From Verrucomicrobiota bacterium (lineage in GTDB: Bacteria; Verrucomicrobiota; Verrucomicrobiia; Opitutales; Cerasicoccaceae): a stretch of DNA of 64,000 bases. A program made the translations under genes and the position numbers. This document shows, one piece after another, positions 61,383 through 64,000 of this stretch (within the stretch, counting starts at the first letter, position 1; each line of letters begins with the position of its first letter). The stretch lies in assembly GCA_039818205.1 (NCBI GenBank), contig JBCBUK010000005.1, positions 160,001 through 224,000 on the forward strand. The letters run 5' to 3'. Below the pieces are notes generated by a model. The model was not told the origin of the DNA. It made no database searches and worked only from the letters and a program-made list of their open reading frames with translations.

Positions 61383-62675
61383 CTACTCAATAATTCTGTT
61401 CGTGCCGCCCGTGGATTTCCGTAGCTCAAACTGGTCATAAAGCTCCGCGTCAGCGGTAAAAGCTTTATAGATTAACGTGTCGTCAAGAATCTTGATGTAT
61501 TGAAAAAGCTGAAGATCTTGCCCACTTACCGACATCCACTGGGCATTGTCGTTCTTATACTGCTTGGGGCCACTGACCGATACCACGTAAATCGGGCCAA
61601 CTTCTCCATCGCGCATCGTAACGCCCGTCGACAGGTTCTTGGTATCACCGCGGCCATAGGCATGGTCATGCCCCTGCAAAACGAGATCGACTCCGTATTT
61701 ATCAAATATCGCTTTAAGTGCGTCGCGAATCTGCTGATTGTCGCGGTTGGGTGCCGTTGAATAAACTGGATGGTGCATCGTCACGATGACCCATTTCTTC
61801 TCGTTCTTACCGAGCAACTCCTCAAGCCACGCTTCCTGCTCCGTCAGATACTTCTCCGAAGAAATCATAATCTGCGAATCGAGCGATACGACCTTGGCGT
61901 AAGGAAAGTCCACATAGTAACAGGTCTCCTCCAAACCAGGCACACCATTGTGTGGGAGACTGAAGCCGGGGCGCCATTGTTTGGATAGACTAACCGGATT
62001 GCGGGTGTATTCGTGATTCCCTGGCGTCATCATACTTGGAACCATCGCATGTAAGAAGCCGCCAGCCTCGTGCCACTGGCCCCATTCAAGATCGCTATTG
62101 GGGAGGTTCACGAGGTCGCCCGCATGCAGCATAAAGCCGATATCAGGATAGCTCCTGAAGGCCTCGCGAATGACGCGGGACCACATTGATTTAATATCGT
62201 TTTGGGCGTCTCCAAAATACAACAAAGACAGCCCATCTCCTTCCATATTTGTTGTATTGAATTGCAGCCACTCGCTCCACCATTCTCCGTCTCCAACGCG
62301 GTAGGTGTATTTTTTACCAGGCTCGAGACCGTCCATCACTGCCGAAAAATAATGGGCTTCGATCTCGGGCTCGGAGTTCCCCATGACAGTCAGCTTCTGC
62401 ATCGTGGCATCGACGCGGCGACTCTGCGCTGGGTAATCGGGTGTTGGACTCGCTTCAACGACTTCCACGAATCCTGCGTCCACCGTGGTGTCCGTGCGCC
62501 AGGTCACCGCGACGGCAGTCTCGGGAGTCTCTGTTAAATTGAGAATGATGCGATCTGGAGCCTTCGACGGAAAAAGTAACTTATCGGAATAGCCCGACTT
62601 GTAGACCATGGGTTGATAGGCAGCCAATTGGCTGATCAAGACGAAGGGAAACAATATCGACAGAAGCAAACGCAT
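61383..62675 (-). CDS. Purple acid phosphatase-like metallophosphoesterase with N-terminal FN3-like domain
   Basis: GDAQ, AGDLV, GNHE, HHP, GHDH metallophosphoesterase motifs; VTWRT, LEPGKKYTYRVG; start at ATG 62675. Confidence 0.9.
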   Translation of the reverse strand: MRLLLSILFPFVLISQLAAYQPMVYKSGYSDKLLFPSKAPDRIILNLTETPETAVAVTWRTDTTVDAGFVEVVEASPTPDYPAQSRRVDATMQKLTVMGNSEPEIEAHYFSAVMDGLEPGKKYTYRVGDGEWWSEWLQFNTTNMEGDGLSLLYFGDAQNDIKSMWSRVIREAFRSYPDIGFMLHAGDLVNLPNSDLEWGQWHEAGGFLHAMVPSMMTPGNHEYTRNPVSLSKQWRPGFSLPHNGVPGLEETCYYVDFPYAKVVSLDSQIMISSEKYLTEQEAWLEELLGKNEKKWVIVTMHHPVYSTAPNRDNQQIRDALKAIFDKYGVDLVLQGHDHAYGRGDTKNLSTGVTMRDGEVGPIYVVSVSGPKQYKNDNAQWMSVSGQDLQLFQYIKILDDTLIYKAFTADAELYDQFELRKSTGGTNRIIE

Positions 62676-62825
62676 GGAAATCACTTGGAGTTGATCGTTG
62701 AAACAAACACTTTCGCGGAAGCGAGTATCCGAAGCCTGCGGATTTGAATTCACTGAGGCAACCACCCATTTGCCATCGCGGAAAAGTTTGCCGAAAGGTC
62801 CATCATCCCCAACCATGCCCGACCG

Positions 62826-63095
62826 ATGCCGAGAAGAAATAAGAAGAAGGAAATGATGATCACCGGGGTAAGCTGCGGTTTCATCTTCCTGGTTGTTTTC
62901 ATATTTCTGATCTTTGAGGTCGGCCTCGGATTCATCCCAACCATGTTTATTTCGGCAATACCGACAGGGGTCCTCGGAGAGCGCTTACAGAAAAAGTTCA
63001 AGCTAACTGCGCAAGAGCTTGCTGGCTCGATATCACTCGCAGTGGTGATCATGGTTACGGTTCCGATCTTTGCCATGGCCATTTTAGCTGGATAG
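62826..63095 (+). CDS. Small hypothetical membrane protein
   Basis: Basic N-terminus and 2-3 hydrophobic helices; 6 nt upstream of next gene. Confidence 0.55.
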   Translation: MPRRNKKKEMMITGVSCGFIFLVVFIFLIFEVGLGFIPTMFISAIPTGVLGERLQKKFKLTAQELAGSISLAVVIMVTVPIFAMAILAG

Positions 63096-63101
63096 AAGCA
63101 G

Positions 63102-63383
63102 ATGCATTTCGATAAAGGCCAAATCATAGCGATCGTTTTCGTGGTCATGAGCTTAGTGACCTTCGTCGCGTATGGGATCGACAAGCGTGCGGCCAAGAAG
63201 GGGTCACGGCGGATTCCAGAAAACACCCTCCACCTCTTTGCGCTATTCGGCGGGTGGCCAGGCGCCCTGATGGGACAAAAGACATTTCGTCACAAAACCG
63301 TCAAAAGCCAGTTCCGTATCGTCTTTTGGATGACGATCGCCGTGAACCTCGCTGCTACTACATGGCTCCTGGGGTGGTGGTAG
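63102..63383 (+). CDS. DUF1294 family membrane protein
   Basis: YGIDKRAA...RIPENTLH...GGWPGA...FRHKTVK. Confidence 0.92.
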   Translation: MHFDKGQIIAIVFVVMSLVTFVAYGIDKRAAKKGSRRIPENTLHLFALFGGWPGALMGQKTFRHKTVKSQFRIVFWMTIAVNLAATTWLLGWW

Positions 63384-63533
63384 ACTCGGATTGATCGGCC
63401 AGTATGCGCATCCATCAGAGGGACTTAAGCCGGTCCTGGCCCCGAAGCTGACGGAGATTGCAATCTGTCTGGGTTATGCTCTATAGTTAAGAAACAATTA
63501 TCACACCAATAGTATAGCACCCCCCCAAGTTAT

Positions 63534-64000
63534 ATGCATCAAAAAGCTATCACCCAACCATTGATTTGGTTGCTCTTCGCGGCGCTCCTGGCTCCGGCCG
63601 GACTTTTTGCCACAAAACGAGTGGCCTATATCTATGGCGACGTCGCTGCCAACGGAACGATTCCGTCGGGCGCAGCCGCACCGTACGACCAAATGCTGCT
63701 GGACGACACCGGATCGACCGGACTCTCGATTTTCGAATCCACGATTCAAGGCGAAGGCTACACGATCACGCAACACTACGACCAATCCCTCAGCCTCGAC
63801 GCCGCATTTCTTTACCAATTCGACGTCATTATCTTTGGCCTACATCAACGCGTTTGGAACACGACCGAACAGCAGGCCCTTGACCAATGGATTCGGGATG
63901 GCGGTGGAATTTTGATGTACAGTGACTCCGCTGCCGGCGGCTTGTTTAGTATCGTTGGCATTGGCAACTCAACCGGACAAACTGCCGTGAACTCTATTTT
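63534..64000 (+). CDS. Secreted protein with class I GATase-like fold, 3' truncated by window edge (absent from ORF track)
   Basis: Hand translation MHQKAITQPLIWLLFAALLAPAGLFATKRVAYIYGD...QFDVIIFGLHQ...EQQALDQWIRDGGGILMYSD, open to the window end. Confidence 0.75.
   Translation, partial: MHQKAITQPLIWLLFAALLAPAGLFATKRVAYIYGDVAANGTIPSGAAAPYDQMLLDDTGSTGLSIFESTIQGEGYTITQHYDQSLSLDAAFLYQFDVIIFGLHQRVWNTTEQQALDQWIRDGGGILMYSDSAAGGLFSIVGIGNSTGQTAVNSI

Noticed and set aside
1..64000. rRNA, tRNA, CRISPR arrays, IS elements, prophage
   Set aside because: No signatures seen by manual reading; a tRNAscan/Infernal run would be needed to exclude them fully

Overview
Gene-dense bacterial chromosomal segment, most consistent with a marine, polysaccharide-degrading Verrucomicrobiota genome (Opitutales-like; inferred from PEP-CTERM tails of the IPEPSTYAL type, CxPxR sulfatases, a Rhodopirellula/Verrucomicrobium-type ECF sigma and a DUF1501 plus planctomycete-cytochrome cluster). 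It holds about 37 CDS. These include four sulfatases, a GH86-like agarase/porphyranase, a DUF5060 protein, a BNR-4 protein, an HzsA-related heme protein, three Tat-exported Gfo/Idh/MocA oxidoreductases, two TIM-barrel sugar isomerase-like proteins, three PEP-CTERM proteins, a seven-gene transglutaminase/MoxR/VWA locus, AraC- and XylR-type regulators and two phosphatases. I saw no rRNA, tRNA, CRISPR array, transposase or integrase. Best leads: (1) a four-gene operon with a membrane-anchor-less FtsK, an LRV/HEAT-repeat protein and two small paralogous Lys-rich proteins; (2) a candidate ~100-nt sRNA (52354-52452, minus strand) whose UUGGGG seed is complementary to CCCCAA motifs in several gene leaders; (3) an unnamed ~170-aa domain shared by a BNR-4 enzyme and the adjacent PEP-CTERM protein; (4) an anti-sigma-like N-terminus fused to a PSD1/cytochrome c protein next to an ECF sigma; (5) a recurring C-terminal 'S-x-(N/D)-L..W...F-x-R' module on secreted enzymes. 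All family calls come from motif recognition by eye, not database searches.
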